64,000 bases of DNA from Eledone cirrhosa (taxonomy: Eukaryota). Made by a program: the position numbers and the translations under genes. The notes under the pieces are model-generated. The model did no database searches and had not been told where the DNA came from. It saw nothing but the letters and a program-made list of their open reading frames with translations. This document shows, in pieces, positions 15,061 through 28,807 of this stretch; positions within the stretch are counted from its first letter, which is position 1; the number at the start of each line of letters is the position of its first letter. The stretch is from NCBI GenBank assembly GCA_964016885.1, contig OZ024741.1, positions 326,244,001 to 326,308,000 on the forward strand. The letters are read 5' to 3'.

Positions 15061-15503
15061 GGGAGACATGATATGAAGCTTAAAAACACTTGCAAGCAGT
15101 GACGTGTCAAATCAACATATGAAAGTTAAAATAAGTATAAATGTTGAAAGTTATATTTAGCCAGAATTAGTTAGTGGTAATAAATCTAATGAAAGATATT
15201 GAAAAAATATTAAAAATTTGAGAACATTTAAAAAAAAAAAAATTTATAAGAGATAAGTAATTTTTAAAAAATAAGTAATATTTAAAAAAAGATAAAAAAT
15301 TAAAGAAATAAAAAATGAAAAATAAAGACTTAAAAATTATTAAGATTAAAATTACAATTAAAATTAAAATTAAAATTAAAATTTAAAATAAAAAAAATTA
15401 AAATTATATATGTATATATTTTATGAAACTTTAAGAAGTGAAATTATAGCAAATGTTATAGATATGATTTAGAGAAATATATATATATTTAGAGAAATAT
15501 ATA

Positions 15504-15636
15504 TATTAAAATAACAGATTAAAGTTTAAGCAAAGAATCGCTGCTTTCACCCTTAACGGGTGAAAGTCAGAGATTAACTCCTGTTAAGGGTGAAAGCAGC
15601 GATTCTTTGCTTCAACTTTAATCTGTTATTTTAATA
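15504..15636. repeat. Fold-back inverted repeat, ~57-bp arms
   Basis: tattaaaataacagattaaagtttaagcaaagaatcgctgctttcacccttaac vs its reverse complement ending at 15636. Confidence 0.9.
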
Positions 15637-16389
15637 AATATTGGCTCTATGGTTTTATATATTTATATATATATATTATCTTTATCGAACCCTCTTCAGA
15701 TTTTAGTCTTCACATCTATTATTAATACTATATATATTTACAAATATATATCGGTACAGTATATGGAAGGAATATATTAGATTAATGCTTAATATATATA
15801 TAGATTGTGTTTTTTTATATATGTGTCTGTAGGTACACATTTATATAAATGTACATGTTTATGTATGCACGTGCGTATGTGTGAGATAGATATGTGTGTG
15901 TATATATATGCATGTGTATGTGTATATGTATGTGTTGATATGTGTATAATATATTTATATGTATATATATATGTAGTATATATATATGTGTATGTAAAAT
16001 ATATATATATATAAGAGGTATAATATGTGTATATATCGAATATATATGTGTATGTATGAATGTGTATATAAAATGTGTGGAATCATACACCTACGGTAGT
16101 AGGTGTATAATATTCTTAAGGTCCCATTTCGGTCACTCGCGACACTTTCAAAGCTTTGTCACTAATACAATTTTGGATAGAATTGGATGCGGTTTATTGC
16201 CCTTTATAGGACCACAGATAAGCTACTTTTTGACATAAAAATATTGAAATTTGGTTCAGTAGAAAAAAAGTCACATAAAAATAAGTGAGGACCAAAAGAG
16301 TGTAAGGAACTACATACATAAGTAACGCTTAGTTTGTTTCTAATTTCTAATACATTAAAATAGTGATAGATTGTGCAATAGTGAATTGT

Positions 16390-16462
16390 GGTCAGGTAGC
16401 TCAGTGGGTAGAGCAGCGGACCGGCAATCCGAAGGTCGTGGGTTCGATTCCCACCCTGATTA
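16390..16462 (+). tRNA. tRNA-like gene or pseudogene, apparent anticodon GGC (Ala) with C33
   Basis: 73-nt cloverleaf: acceptor ggtcagg/cctgatt, D-arm gctc/gagc, anticodon stem cgga/tccg, T-arm gtggg-TTCGATT-cccac; A and B boxes intact; TTTT just downstream. Confidence 0.6.
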
Positions 16463-16575
16463 CTTTTCCTATCTGCACTTCTTCCTATTCATTATTATTT
16501 ATTTAACTTATTTGTTGATAAATATTTTTAATATTAATATAATATCCTTGCATTGCCTGGAAAAAAAGTGGATTA

Positions 16576-17950
16576 CAGGGAAAAATGCGGGCGCATGTCA
16601 AGAAATATTCTTAAATCAATAAACCTAGAAAAGTTAAGGACAAGTTATTTCACCTGCAAAAGTAAAGGACAAGAAAACTTCTTCTTAAAACTTATTAAAA
16701 TATTGCAGCTAAAGTCTAAATTAAAAAAAAAAATTTAGATTATAAAACTAAAAATAAATAATTATAAGTTAATTGTTAAAAAAATATCACTTTAAAGGAC
16801 TGGAAAAATGACTGTCTTATAGGGAGAGTTGACTACTGTATACTTAATTTTTTTCTTGGTGTATACAAATTAATCTTTTTAAAATAAAATTTGTACAATA
16901 ATTTGTACAATAATTTGTACAATAATTAATTAATAATAATAATAATAATTAATATGCACAATTTATTAATTTATGTTATAAGATATTTAAAAATGTTCAC
17001 TCTTAATCAAATTATATTTTTAAAAATTTAGTTATAAAATAATGCAGTAAAATAAATCAAAAACAGTGCATCATATAATTGCACTTTTTATGAGTATTAC
17101 AGATTTTTTTTATAATATAGTAAAATTCAACATCTCAAGGGGCAAAATTAGGTAAAAGTCAATTCATCAATTATTCATTTATAGTGAATCAATCAATTAT
17201 AGTGAATTCATCAATTCATTAGATGAACTGTTGAATTAGACAATGTTTAATTTTTAATTGTAGTCTAATTTTACTTTACCTAAAAATGTAGATTGGTTAT
17301 TTTGATCTCTGACAGCTCTTAAATTTCATTATTAAACAATTATGGTGGATTGGCAGTATCAGTAGAGGGTCGGACGCCATGCTTTCCAGCATAGTTACGT
17401 CCCTTTACGATCTGTGTTCAAATCCCGCCGAGGTTGACTTTGCCTTTTATCCTTACGGGGTCGATAAAATAAAGTACCAGTAATGCACCGGGTAATTGCT
17501 GGCCTTGTGCTTAAAGTAGAAACAATTATAATTTGTTATTATTTATCATTACAGCTGGCTCCCTAATTAATTATTAATTAATTGTTAGTGTCATTTACAC
17601 GCCAAAATTTTGTTTTATTTGATGTTTATAATTGTCACTCATTTTTTCAGTCGCATTTAGTAAAGTAAAATAAAGTATATTTATATAATGACCCAACCAC
17701 TATGGTGTAAATTAGGATCACAAAATTAAATAAATGATCATAAATTAGTATTATTATCAATTAGAGAGTCAACTGTATTATTAGAATTTATCACTTTCTA
17801 TGTATATTTAAATCAAATATTTTTATTATTCAAATTTATACTATAGCTGCAATATTTTAAGAAGTTTTAAGAAGAAGTTTTCTTGTCCTTTACTTTTCTA
17901 GGTTTATTAATTTAAGAATATTTCTTTACATGCGCCCGCATTTTCCCCTG
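16576..17950. mobile_element. Non-autonomous Tc1/mariner-like DNA transposon with ~110-bp TIRs and TA flanks
   Basis: TA|caggg.aaaatgcgggcgcatgt.aagaaatattcttaaat.. mirrored at ~17845-17950|TA; the left TIR has a ~29-bp internal duplication. Confidence 0.8.
17344..17530 (+). mobile_element. tRNA-derived SINE with Meta-type core, nested in the DNA transposon
   Basis: B-box gttcaaatcc; core gactttgccttttatccttacggggtcgataaaataaagtaccag; near-identical inverted copy at 50187-50369. Confidence 0.75.
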
Positions 17951-17952
17951 TA

Positions 17953-18076
17953 ATATATATATATGTGTATATATATGTATATGTATATGTGTATATGTGT
18001 GTATGTATATATGTGTGTGTGTGTGTATATATGTGTGTATGTATGTATACAATATATTAGTGTATGTACGGGAGAT

Positions 18077-18122
<46 letters not shown>

Positions 18123-18960
18123 ATATATGTGGGAGATATATATAATATGTATGTAGGATATGTATAGTGTATATATAGGATGTATGTGATATATGTGTGG
18201 GATTTATGTGTGGTATATGTATAGGATATATATAGTGTGTATATAAAATGTATGTATGGTATATGTGTAAAATATATATACATGGTGTGTGTATAGGATA
18301 TATATATATGTATGTAGAAAAATATATATGTGCGTATATGTGGTGTGTATATATATGTATGTGTATGAAATATATGTATATGTATGTATAGGATATATAT
18401 ATATATGTATGTAAAAGATATATATATGTGTTACTGAGATATATATATATATATGTGTGTATGTACAAGATATGTATAATATATATGTATATTTAGTGTG
18501 TATGTGTATGTGTGTACAAGATATATATATATATGTGTATATGTATATATATATACATATATATATATATGTGTGTGTATATATATAAAAAAAATATATA
18601 TATTTGTGTTTGTATAATATATCTATATATGTGTATGGTGTATGTGTATATATATATATATCGTATATATGTGTATATATATATGTATATATATAGTATA
18701 TATATATGGTTTGTGTATATACGTGTATAAAATATATATAAAATGTATGTGTGGGTGTTGTTTGTGAGTGTGTATATAGGTGTGTGTATGTATGTGCGTA
18801 TATATATGTATATATATATGTGTATGTATATATATGTATATGAGTGTGTATATGTATGTATGTGTGTATATATATATGTACGTATGTATGTGTTGATATG
18901 TGTCTGTATGTGTATGTGTTTGTATATAATATATATGGACTGTAGATATATTTACATATA
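17953..18960. repeat. Degenerate (TA/TG)n compound microsatellite
   Basis: Direct reading. Confidence 0.9.
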
Positions 18961-20156
18961 GTGAAGTGAATATGTGAGGCAGCATGTACCTCCTCCACAC
19001 TTCCTCTCCCAAACCAATAACAACAACACATCTTTGACAAATGTTCCCAAACTATCTTTCTTTTCTCTTTTTACTGTCATCCCATTCTTATCAAAATACA
19101 TGTATCTAACACCTCATTAAAACCCAGACAAGCACCCAAATTCATCTTTGATATAGAAATCTGTAGAAGATATTCTTTATGGATTTGGAAGAGTTGATTC
19201 AGCTATGCCATTATAAACTCATCAAAGGTCAGGTAATGAAATAAAACCCGCAGCGGAGTATGTTCACAACCACCTTCTCAAACACCCTTATCTTACAACC
19301 CCACCATTTTCTGAGTGTGTATATATATGTGTGTGCGTATGTGTGTGTGTGTGTGTTTGTGTGTGTATGTATGTATGCTTTAATTCCTCCGGACCTTTAT
19401 CATCATCAACACTCATTAACACCACACCGCACACCCCAGACACATCCACATCTCTTATATATAGTCACATATTTCAACACAACCTGATCTCAGTTTGACA
19501 ATCGCCACAGACAGACGAATGCGAGAAAGTTCTCCAACAAAGTTAACCAGGATTCTTTAAAATTCTTCCCACCGAAGTTAACAAAGAACTTACTGGATCT
19601 ACCAACTCATAATATTATAATATTATAAAATTAAATCAAACACTTTTTAACACTACAAGTGAAGTCATTATTTTCCTTTTTTTTCAAATATATATATATA
19701 GCATACATCCTACATACATCTCTATCCACATATAAACACAATGACATACGTAAACACACATGTTCTATGGTGCAACACAAATATACACAAATTTGCATAC
19801 CTTTTGATGTCTATAGATATAAACGTGCCGACACACACACATACATATACGCACACATGCATTGTACACTGATGGGCACATACATATTTGTATACACGTA
19901 TTCCAATACGTACAATCTGGACACTCACACACACCTTGGTGGTATGACAATACTATATATCATTTCACACCTTTTATTATTAATGTTTTTGATGTTCTCT
20001 TGAAAGAATCGTTTTTGCTGAAAATATCGAATAATGTACACCATTTTTACCAGTATCACAAAAAACTGGTCCACCCACACACACACACATACATACATAC
20101 ACACACACACATATATTCACACACACATACACACGCGTACACTAACATACAAAGAG

Positions 20157-20227
<71 letters not shown>

Positions 20228-20769
20228 TATTTGTCTTAATGGGCACCTGAACTGTTGACCTTTCAACATGACTGCAATTCACACACACACCCCTACTGAC
20301 CATTATCACAACAATGAACCTCTTTACTACTACTACACACACACACACTATTTGTCTTAAAAGACTTATTTTTCAGTGACTTCTCAATCAGGCGAAAAAG
20401 GACACTCTTCGACAAACCTACATTTGGCGCAAAAACAATTTTTAACATTTACGTGACCTCTACCGACCAATCAAAATTGTTTTGGCCACAAGAATTTTTG
20501 CAAAACGAATTGCCGCGAAACTTATTTTAATACCTCTGGAGCTACTTTTTTCACATAAAACAGGAAGAATTTCCAAAACTGAACAGCTAGAGCAAACATC
20601 ACGGGCGCTCTATCTCAAAATTATTTTTGAAAAGCATTAGAAATGCGCAACCGGTAAAAACTTAAAACTAAAACTGAATACTAACCAATACGTATTACTA
20701 ACTTTTAGTTATTCCTAATTAAACTATCTTTCACTGGGAACAATTTGTCAGCATTTTCTTTTCCTTTTA

Positions 20770-20815
<46 letters not shown>

Positions 20816-20828
20816 CATATATATATAC

Positions 20829-20859
<31 letters not shown>

Positions 20860-20933
20860 CTCTTTTACTCTTTTACCTGTTTCAGCCATCCGGCTGAGGC
20901 CATGCTGGGGCACCGCCCTTGTTGCTACACATT

Positions 20934-23906
20934 TTATCTCCAGCCTGTATAGGTTGGCCACTGGTGTAGGAGGGAGTTTGTTGCTGCTGCCCTTAGGTTT
21001 CCCTCGTGTCTTGCTGTGGGCTCATCCGGGATCCTGGATAACAAGGTGTCGAGATGTTTCTTAAAGACATCCACCTCCACGTCATGCAAGTCTCGCAGAT
21101 GCCTCGGCAGCCTGTTGAAGAGTTGAGGGCCCTTGAATCCCAGGCTATTGCAATACCTGCTCCTTATTCTAGATGTGGAAGACGGGACCTTTGGCACCAC
21201 ACAGTGACGTCCTGTTCGACGGTTGGTCCAGCTCCCAATGCCAAAGTTTGGTGCTAGTCCCTCCAGGATTTTCCACATGTAGATCACTGCGTATCTCTCC
21301 CGTCTTCGCTCCAAGGAGTAGAGGTTCAGCTCCTTCAGCCTCTCCCAGTAGCTTGTCTCCCTCATCTTGGCAATCCTCTTGGTGTAGCTTCGCTGGATTG
21401 CCTCAAGCTCTGTGGTTAGTTTGACACTATGGGGTGACCACAGCTGGGAGCAGTAGTCCAGGCGGCTTAGGACAAAAGTCCTCCACAGTCTCAACATGGT
21501 GTCTCGATCTCTTGTAAGGAAAGTCCTCAAGATCCAGCCAGCGAATCGTCTACATGCTGTCGCCACCTTCATGATGTGTGAAGAAAAAGATGCATCATCG
21601 CTCATGTCTATGCCCAGGTCTCGTATCGATTTTGACACGGGGATATCGGTCCCTCCTGGTCCTGTGTAGCTGTGTTCCGCTATATTTGTGTTTGTGTTTG
21701 CAGGTTTGTATTGTAGGGCTTGGAATTTGCCAGCATTAAACTGCATGTTGTTTTCTTCCGCCCATCTGTATATGGCATCCAGATCCTGCTGTAAGAGGGC
21801 AGCGTCAGCCGGGTTTTTGATTGCCTGTGCTACCTTAGTGTCATCAGCATAGCTAGTGAGGGATGTTGTTGCATGCACCACAGAGGGCATGTCCGAGAGA
21901 GCCACCAAAAACAGTAGTGGTCCCAGGACTGTCCCCTGAGGCACCCCACTTGTTATCGGTGTTTCCCTCGAGAGGGCCCCATTTGCTGCGACTGCCTGGC
22001 TTCTGTCCCTCAGGAAGCCATGCAGCCACTCACTTACTTTTCCAGTTATGCCGAGTCCGTGTAGTTTGTGACATATCATTCCGTGGTCGACCTTGTCAAA
22101 GGCCTTCGCAAAGTCAAGATATATCACGTCTACATGTGAGCTGTCTAGTAGCTGTCTCAGTACCCATTCGTAGTGATGTAGCAGCTGTGTAAGGCAGCTT
22201 CTTCCTGGGCGGAAGCCATGTTGCGTGCTAGTCAGGCGGTCATTTTCTTCGAGGAAAGTGATTAGTTTCTTTCTGACGACTCGCTCCATGACCTTACTGA
22301 TATGCGACGTCAGGGAGACTGGCCTATAGTCCTTGGCCTCCGCTCTACTACCTCCTTTATGGATAGGGCATATTGTGCCTTCTTTCAGCTCCCTGGGTAG
22401 TACACCACTAGCCAAGGAGCTTCTGAAGAGCATCTTCAGTGGAGTTGCTAAGGCCCGCTTACATATTTTTAGGAGAACTGCTGGGAATCCATCAAGTCCA
22501 GCAGCCGAGTCTGTTCTAATTTCATCAATGGCGTACACCACATCCTCCTCCGTTATGTCTATGTGGTTGATGGTTGCCATTTCTTGATGTAGTGTTGTGG
22601 CATCAAAGAACTCCTCTGGCTTCGTTATTTGCATGTGCCTCAGTGGACATGTGAAGACACTTTTGTACTGTTCGTTCAGTATTTCACATATCTCTTGGGG
22701 ATTTTCGGTTAATGAACCGTCCGTGTGGAAGAGTGGTCCAATCTTGCAGTGTACTGAGGCAGTTTCTTTTGAAAATTTAAAGAAGGCCTTAGGGTTTGTT
22801 TTAATGTTTTCTATGGCCCTGTTCTCTTTCCTTGCCCGCTCATTCTCATGTGAAAGCTTGAGTGCAATCTCGGTGTCAAGTAGTGCACGTTTCAAATAGG
22901 ATTCCTTCTTGTTTTGGTTTTGTTGACTATTCAACTGGTTTGAGAGTTTAGTTCTACGTCTCATAAGGATTTTCCTATCTCTGGGAATAAGATTTTTGTG
23001 TCTGTTTGCCTCTTTCTCCGGGACACACTTTTTGCATATGGTGTGTATCGTTGTCATGAAGTGTTGAAATTGTGTGTTAGTGTCTTGTGTGGCGATGTTT
23101 GCACTCCATGTTTGCTTCCGGATTTCACTCTTAATCTTCTTCCAGTCAGCCCCGTAGAAGTTAAGGCTGGATAGCGTCCCGGAGCTTCTTGGTGGTTTTG
23201 TCTCTGTTGGTTCTCTTGGACCACATATCATTAGCTCTACCAAGTTATGATCCGAGAGAATTGTTGGTGTCACCTTTACATTGTGGATGAGCACTTCGTT
23301 GTTTGTAAAACAGAGGTCCAGGACATTTTCGCCTCTTGTTGGGAGGAGTATTGCTTGCTCCATGAACAGCCTGTGTGTGAGGGCCAGCAGGGATTCCGTC
23401 TGTCTCTGTTCTATTGACGTCATTCCAGGGAGGAGGTGGCCCTCAGGCCATTTGACCTTTGGTAGGTTGAAGTCTCCCAGCAGTAGGATGTTGAGACCCT
23501 GGTCCAGTTTGTCAAGGACCTCTTCTATCCTACTTAGGCTATCCTCAAATTTACCCTCATGACTGGGGGCATCGGGCGGCCGATATGTGACACATATTAC
23601 CGCCTGTAGTTGCTTCATATGTATTATCAGTGTGTCACAGACTGAGGTTGAATGTGTCAACAGTACAATTGGTATGACATCTTCACGGATATACAGAGCA
23701 ACCCCACCATGAGTTCTCTCCTTCTTGTCCGAACGAAATACAGTATATTTCGGTATATGTATTTCTGCATCTGCTATACTGCTTGTCAGGTGCGTTTCGG
23801 TTTGTGCCATGCATAGTGCTTGATTGCTTATGGCTAAGTCTCCCAGGTAGGAAATTTTACTCATGTTGCTGAGTTTCACCAGGCCCCTGACATTCAGCAG
23901 CAGCAC
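20934..23906 (-). CDS. LINE ORF2: APE endonuclease + reverse transcriptase, uninterrupted
   Basis: LNVRGL, TETHL, YRPP, GDFN, LDL, SDH; [34 protein letters not shown]. Confidence 0.92.
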   Translation of the reverse strand: MLLLNVRGLVKLSNMSKISYLGDLAISNQALCMAQTETHLTSSIADAEIHIPKYTVFRSDKKERTHGGVALYIREDVIPIVLLTHSTSVCDTLIIHMKQLQAVICVTYRPPDAPSHEGKFEDSLSRIEEVLDKLDQGLNILLLGDFNLPKVKWPEGHLLPGMTSIEQRQTESLLALTHRLFMEQAILLPTRGENVLDLCFTNNEVLIHNVKVTPTILSDHNLVELMICGPREPTETKPPRSSGTLSSLNFYGADWKKIKSEIRKQTWSANIATQDTNTQFQHFMTTIHTICKKCVPEKEANRHKNLIPRDRKILMRRRTKLSNQLNSQQNQNKKESYLKRALLDTEIALKLSHENERARKENRAIENIKTNPKAFFKFSKETASVHCKIGPLFHTDGSLTENPQEICEILNEQYKSVFTCPLRHMQITKPEEFFDATTLHQEMATINHIDITEEDVVYAIDEIRTDSAAGLDGFPAVLLKICKRALATPLKMLFRSSLASGVLPRELKEGTICPIHKGGSRAEAKDYRPVSLTSHISKVMERVVRKKLITFLEENDRLTSTQHGFRPGRSCLTQLLHHYEWVLRQLLDSSHVDVIYLDFAKAFDKVDHGMICHKLHGLGITGKVSEWLHGFLRDRSQAVAANGALSRETPITSGVPQGTVLGPLLFLVALSDMPSVVHATTSLTSYADDTKVAQAIKNPADAALLQQDLDAIYRWAEENNMQFNAGKFQALQYKPANTNTNIAEHSYTGPGGTDIPVSKSIRDLGIDMSDDASFSSHIMKVATACRRFAGWILRTFLTRDRDTMLRLWRTFVLSRLDYCSQLWSPHSVKLTTELEAIQRSYTKRIAKMRETSYWERLKELNLYSLERRRERYAVIYMWKILEGLAPNFGIGSWTNRRTGRHCVVPKVPSSTSRIRSRYCNSLGFKGPQLFNRLPRHLRDLHDVEVDVFKKHLDTLLSRIPDEPTARHEGNLRAAATNSLLHQWPTYTGWR

Positions 23907-23961
23907 TGGTGTGACTTTTGGGGTGCCAGTAATGGCTGTCGGTATGACACCTGGTCTGGTG

Positions 23962-24765
23962 TCAGCGGCGCCACTCTGGGTCCCTTAACTGCGGTGGTCT
24001 CGAGTGCTGGTGTGGATGACCCTGGCTCTGGAGACGATGCAGCCAGGTCAGCTGTCCCACAATCTTCTCTGCCATCACTAAAAAATTTTTCTGATCTGCT
24101 GCTGCCATCTGTACCTCGTCGGCATGTGCGTGCCTTCTCCTTGTTGGTGCAGCACGCGCGACATCAGCATACTTCTGGAGCGGCTTATTTCGGCTTTGGC
24201 TGGGGCATGTTGCGCGAGTATGATGGGCATAGTTCGTTTGAGACCTAGGGTGGGCGAATCTGCATCCCATCCCTGTCTCTCCATGCCAGCATGTCCCGTT
24301 CTTGAAAAACTTGCACATTACTTGGGGTTTTTTGCTCCCAGTGTCTCGGTGCTTTCTGTTCTTTCTTTGAACAGTTGTCCACTGGTCCCTCTGCGCTTGG
24401 TTCTCCTTCGGAAGGTGATTTCGCTTTTCACCTTTGCCCTTAGCTTGTTGCTTGCCCGGCCTGCCCTCCCTGCCTGTAGCGGAGGGTATATCATTTTCTT
24501 TCAGGTCCGTGCTTGTGCTCTCCTCCTTTTCTTTTTCCTCCTCCTTTTCCCTCTCCTTCTCCTCATCCCTCCCTTCGGTTTTCTCCTCCCTGAGGACACG
24601 GCTTAGCATCGCCATATGAGGCGCTATGAGGACATACGCCTTCTCAATTTCTTTTCTCTTTCTCTCTATCTGTACCAGGGTCCTCATGAACCCATGGCTC
24701 TTCAGGTTCTCCGCCATCTTTTTGCTTGGTGGAGACCCATCAGCCATAGTCCACCCCTTGATCAA
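23962..24765 (-). CDS. LINE ORF1 with a charged region and a CCCH zinc finger; start uncertain
   Basis: CKFFKNGTCWHGETGMGCRFAH (C-x7-C-x8-C-x3-H), directly upstream of ORF2. Confidence 0.7.
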   Translation of the reverse strand: MIKGWTMADGSPPSKKMAENLKSHGFMRTLVQIERKRKEIEKAYVLIAPHMAMLSRVLREEKTEGRDEEKEREKEEEKEKEESTSTDLKENDIPSATGREGRPGKQQAKGKGEKRNHLPKENQAQRDQWTTVQRKNRKHRDTGSKKPQVMCKFFKNGTCWHGETGMGCRFAHPRSQTNYAHHTRATCPSQSRNKPLQKYADVARAAPTRRRHAHADEVQMAAADQKNFLVMAEKIVGQLTWLHRLQSQGHPHQHSRPPQLRDPEWRR

Positions 24766-25048
24766 ACCGCTAGTTCAATCTTCGACCAGTTTCGCTGACT
24801 CCTGATTTCACATTTTTCCCATTTTTCCTGCATGCAGTCCATTTCGCTGTGGAGGGGAGAAAGAGGGACAGTGGGAGGTGTAGAGTAGAGGTTAGAGAGG
24901 GACAGAGTGAGGGAGGGAGATAGAGATATAACTCCAGCGAGAGAAAAAGAAAGAGAAACAGAAGAAAAGAAAAGAAAAGGGGGAGACAGAAGAGGGGAGC
25001 GAGAGAGATAGCGGGAAGAGTGGGGGGGGGGACAGAGGGAGAGAGAGA

Positions 25049-25096
<48 letters not shown>

Positions 25097-25145
25097 CGTT
25101 GATCTAGAGAGAGGGAGAAAGAGAGCTCGTTGATCGAGAGAGAGA

Positions 25146-25187
<42 letters not shown>

Positions 25188-25639
25188 GGAGAGAGATAGA
25201 GACAGCGTGAGAGCGTGAGCAACTGCAGTTCATAAATATAAAAATAAATTTTTAAATCTAAATTTAAATTAATGAATGGAAGAAACCGGAAACAGAGATA
25301 TAGAAACACGATGTAAATGTCTGTTTACAAATATACGGAGTTATTGTAATATCAGCATATCATACACGAAACAACGAAATCGGGTCAAATACATATAAGA
25401 TTATACAAAATCAAACAAGTTTATGTCAAATTAAATTATGTTACTCAGAAATATCAAAATTAATACAAAATTGCTTAAGCTAAACCAAAATGCTCTGTAT
25501 GGTAGACAAACAAAAATAGAAAGCACGTGTGTGTGTTGTCTCCTATGAATGAAGCATACAGTGAAAATAAACATGTTCAAAACGGTAATATATGTAAAAT
25601 ATACTTCAAAATAATTGCGTCAAAGCACAAAAACTTATC

Positions 25640-25839
25640 NNNNNNNNNNNNNNNNNNNNNNNNNNNNNNNNNNNNNNNNNNNNNNNNNNNNNNNNNNNNN
25701 NNNNNNNNNNNNNNNNNNNNNNNNNNNNNNNNNNNNNNNNNNNNNNNNNNNNNNNNNNNNNNNNNNNNNNNNNNNNNNNNNNNNNNNNNNNNNNNNNNNN
25801 NNNNNNNNNNNNNNNNNNNNNNNNNNNNNNNNNNNNNNN
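25640..25839. other. Assembly gap (200 N)
   Basis: Run of n. Confidence 1.
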
Positions 25840-27240
<1,401 letters not shown>

Positions 27241-27299
27241 AGATAAATCTACCAAAAATTTACGTATGAAGAACTCAATGTAATCCTGATATCATGAAA

Positions 27300-28807
27300 A
27301 AAGAAGATGAATAAACAAAGAAACAGTTCCTTATATTAAAAAATTCATCATTTTACGATCGTTTCTAGGATATATATGTGTTAGTGTTGGTATGCATATT
27401 CTATGTAAAATATTATACAAACTATCAGAGGGAATATACATACCTACACATATATATGCTGTCTTCAGAAATAATGATATTTGTTTATTGAAAAAAACAA
27501 AGATTTAATACAATAGGTCTGTTTGGGAACAGGTTTTGAATAGACCAATAGAAAGATAATGAAGGTCAAGATAGTGATATAGTAGTAAAAGAACCTTAAT
27601 TTATGGGTAGAGGAAGATAGGTTTCAGTTTTGGATGGAAAAGAATATTATGAATGAAAGATTATTTTAGGGATGAAACTAGGTCGTATGCTGACCTCAGA
27701 AATAATTATATTTGTTCATTGAATTAAACCAACAAAGATTTAATATAGTCTGTCTGTTTGGTAACAGGTTTGGAATTAACCAATAGAAAGTTAATAATTG
27801 GCCAAATGGTAAAATAGTAGTAATTGAAATTTATTTTAGGGGTAGAAGGAGGTAGATTTCAGTTTTGAATGGAGTGTGAAGAATGAAAAGGTTATTTTAG
27901 GGGTGAAAATAGGTCAGGTCAGTAAAAGATATACGAACAGTTGTTGTTATAAAATAGTAATGCCAATGCAAATATCTAAGGAGACTAACATTTTACGATA
28001 AGAGTGTTAGTGAAAAAATACATCCATGAAAAGAATATAAATTAATTTAATTGATGGGTATATTTATAATGATAAAATTATACTAATGCTTATAGATATG
28101 ATAAATAAGAGTTAGGTGTAGTTGAAGAGTGCTGTTAAAGATGAGGGGAAATTAAAAGCATATAAAAATAATATATATATATATCTATATATATATATAT
28201 ATATACATACACACACACATATATACAATATATATATATATACACACATATATACATACATATATATATATACACACATACATACATACACATACATATA
28301 ATTATTGGGGGGGGGGGTTAAATTTATTAGTGAGAAATAATAAATATATATAGATTTAAAGGAACAGAGTCATAACCTGAAATTAAAGCATTATATATGT
28401 TTACTTAATGGTATCGGTTTTAGGAAATGATAGTTGTAAGAAGGAAAGTAAAATTATGTAGTTCATCAGTAGTAGAATATTAATTATAGGTTAACTAAAT
28501 TAAAAACAGTTTATATATTAATTTCTAAAATGTATATTAATTAGGTTTATAATATTTAAAGGTTTTTCTCAGTTTATGATTACACGATATTATTAATTCC
28601 TGTCGCTTATTTAATAGGATATCCTTAGATTTCATTATTTCAAGAAGATCTTGGAAACATAATCTACATTCGTATCTATTATTTTGATAAGGGGTGGCCC
28701 TTTTGAGCACACTTCAGGTCAGGTCATAATCTATATTCCTCTTTCTATAACTATTAATAATTTCAGCTAGAGATGTTATATTAGCTAGTGCGGCATTTTT
28801 AAAACTA
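27300..28807 (-). mobile_element. 5'-truncated Naiad-type PLE: GIY-YIG C-terminus, 3' UTR with a ~230-bp partial tandem duplication, and a hammerhead
   Basis: Manual translation of ~28810-28560: SFKNAALANITSLAEII..IDYDLT*SVLKRATPY..CRLC..LLNKRQELIISCNH; ~27455-27685 repeated at ~27687-27918. Confidence 0.75.
27345..27477 (-). ncRNA. Type-I hammerhead with a ~96-nt extended stem II
   Basis: tcattattt CTGAAGA [96 nt with paired atatatatgtg/cacatatatat and ggtatgtatatt/aatatgcatacc] GAAAC GATC GTA aaatgatga. Confidence 0.7.

Larger units (their letters stand above)
20860..25230 (-). mobile_element. Apparently full-length CR1/L2-group LINE (family A) with (CT)n-rich 5' UTR
   Basis: ORF1 + ORF2; 3' stem-loop and (taaaagag)2 tail running into (TA)n; 5' boundary approximate. 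Confidence 0.85.

Noticed and set aside
16085-16110. Small hairpin tacacctac-ggta-gtaggtgta as a Helentron terminus
   Set aside because: The partner end could not be identified
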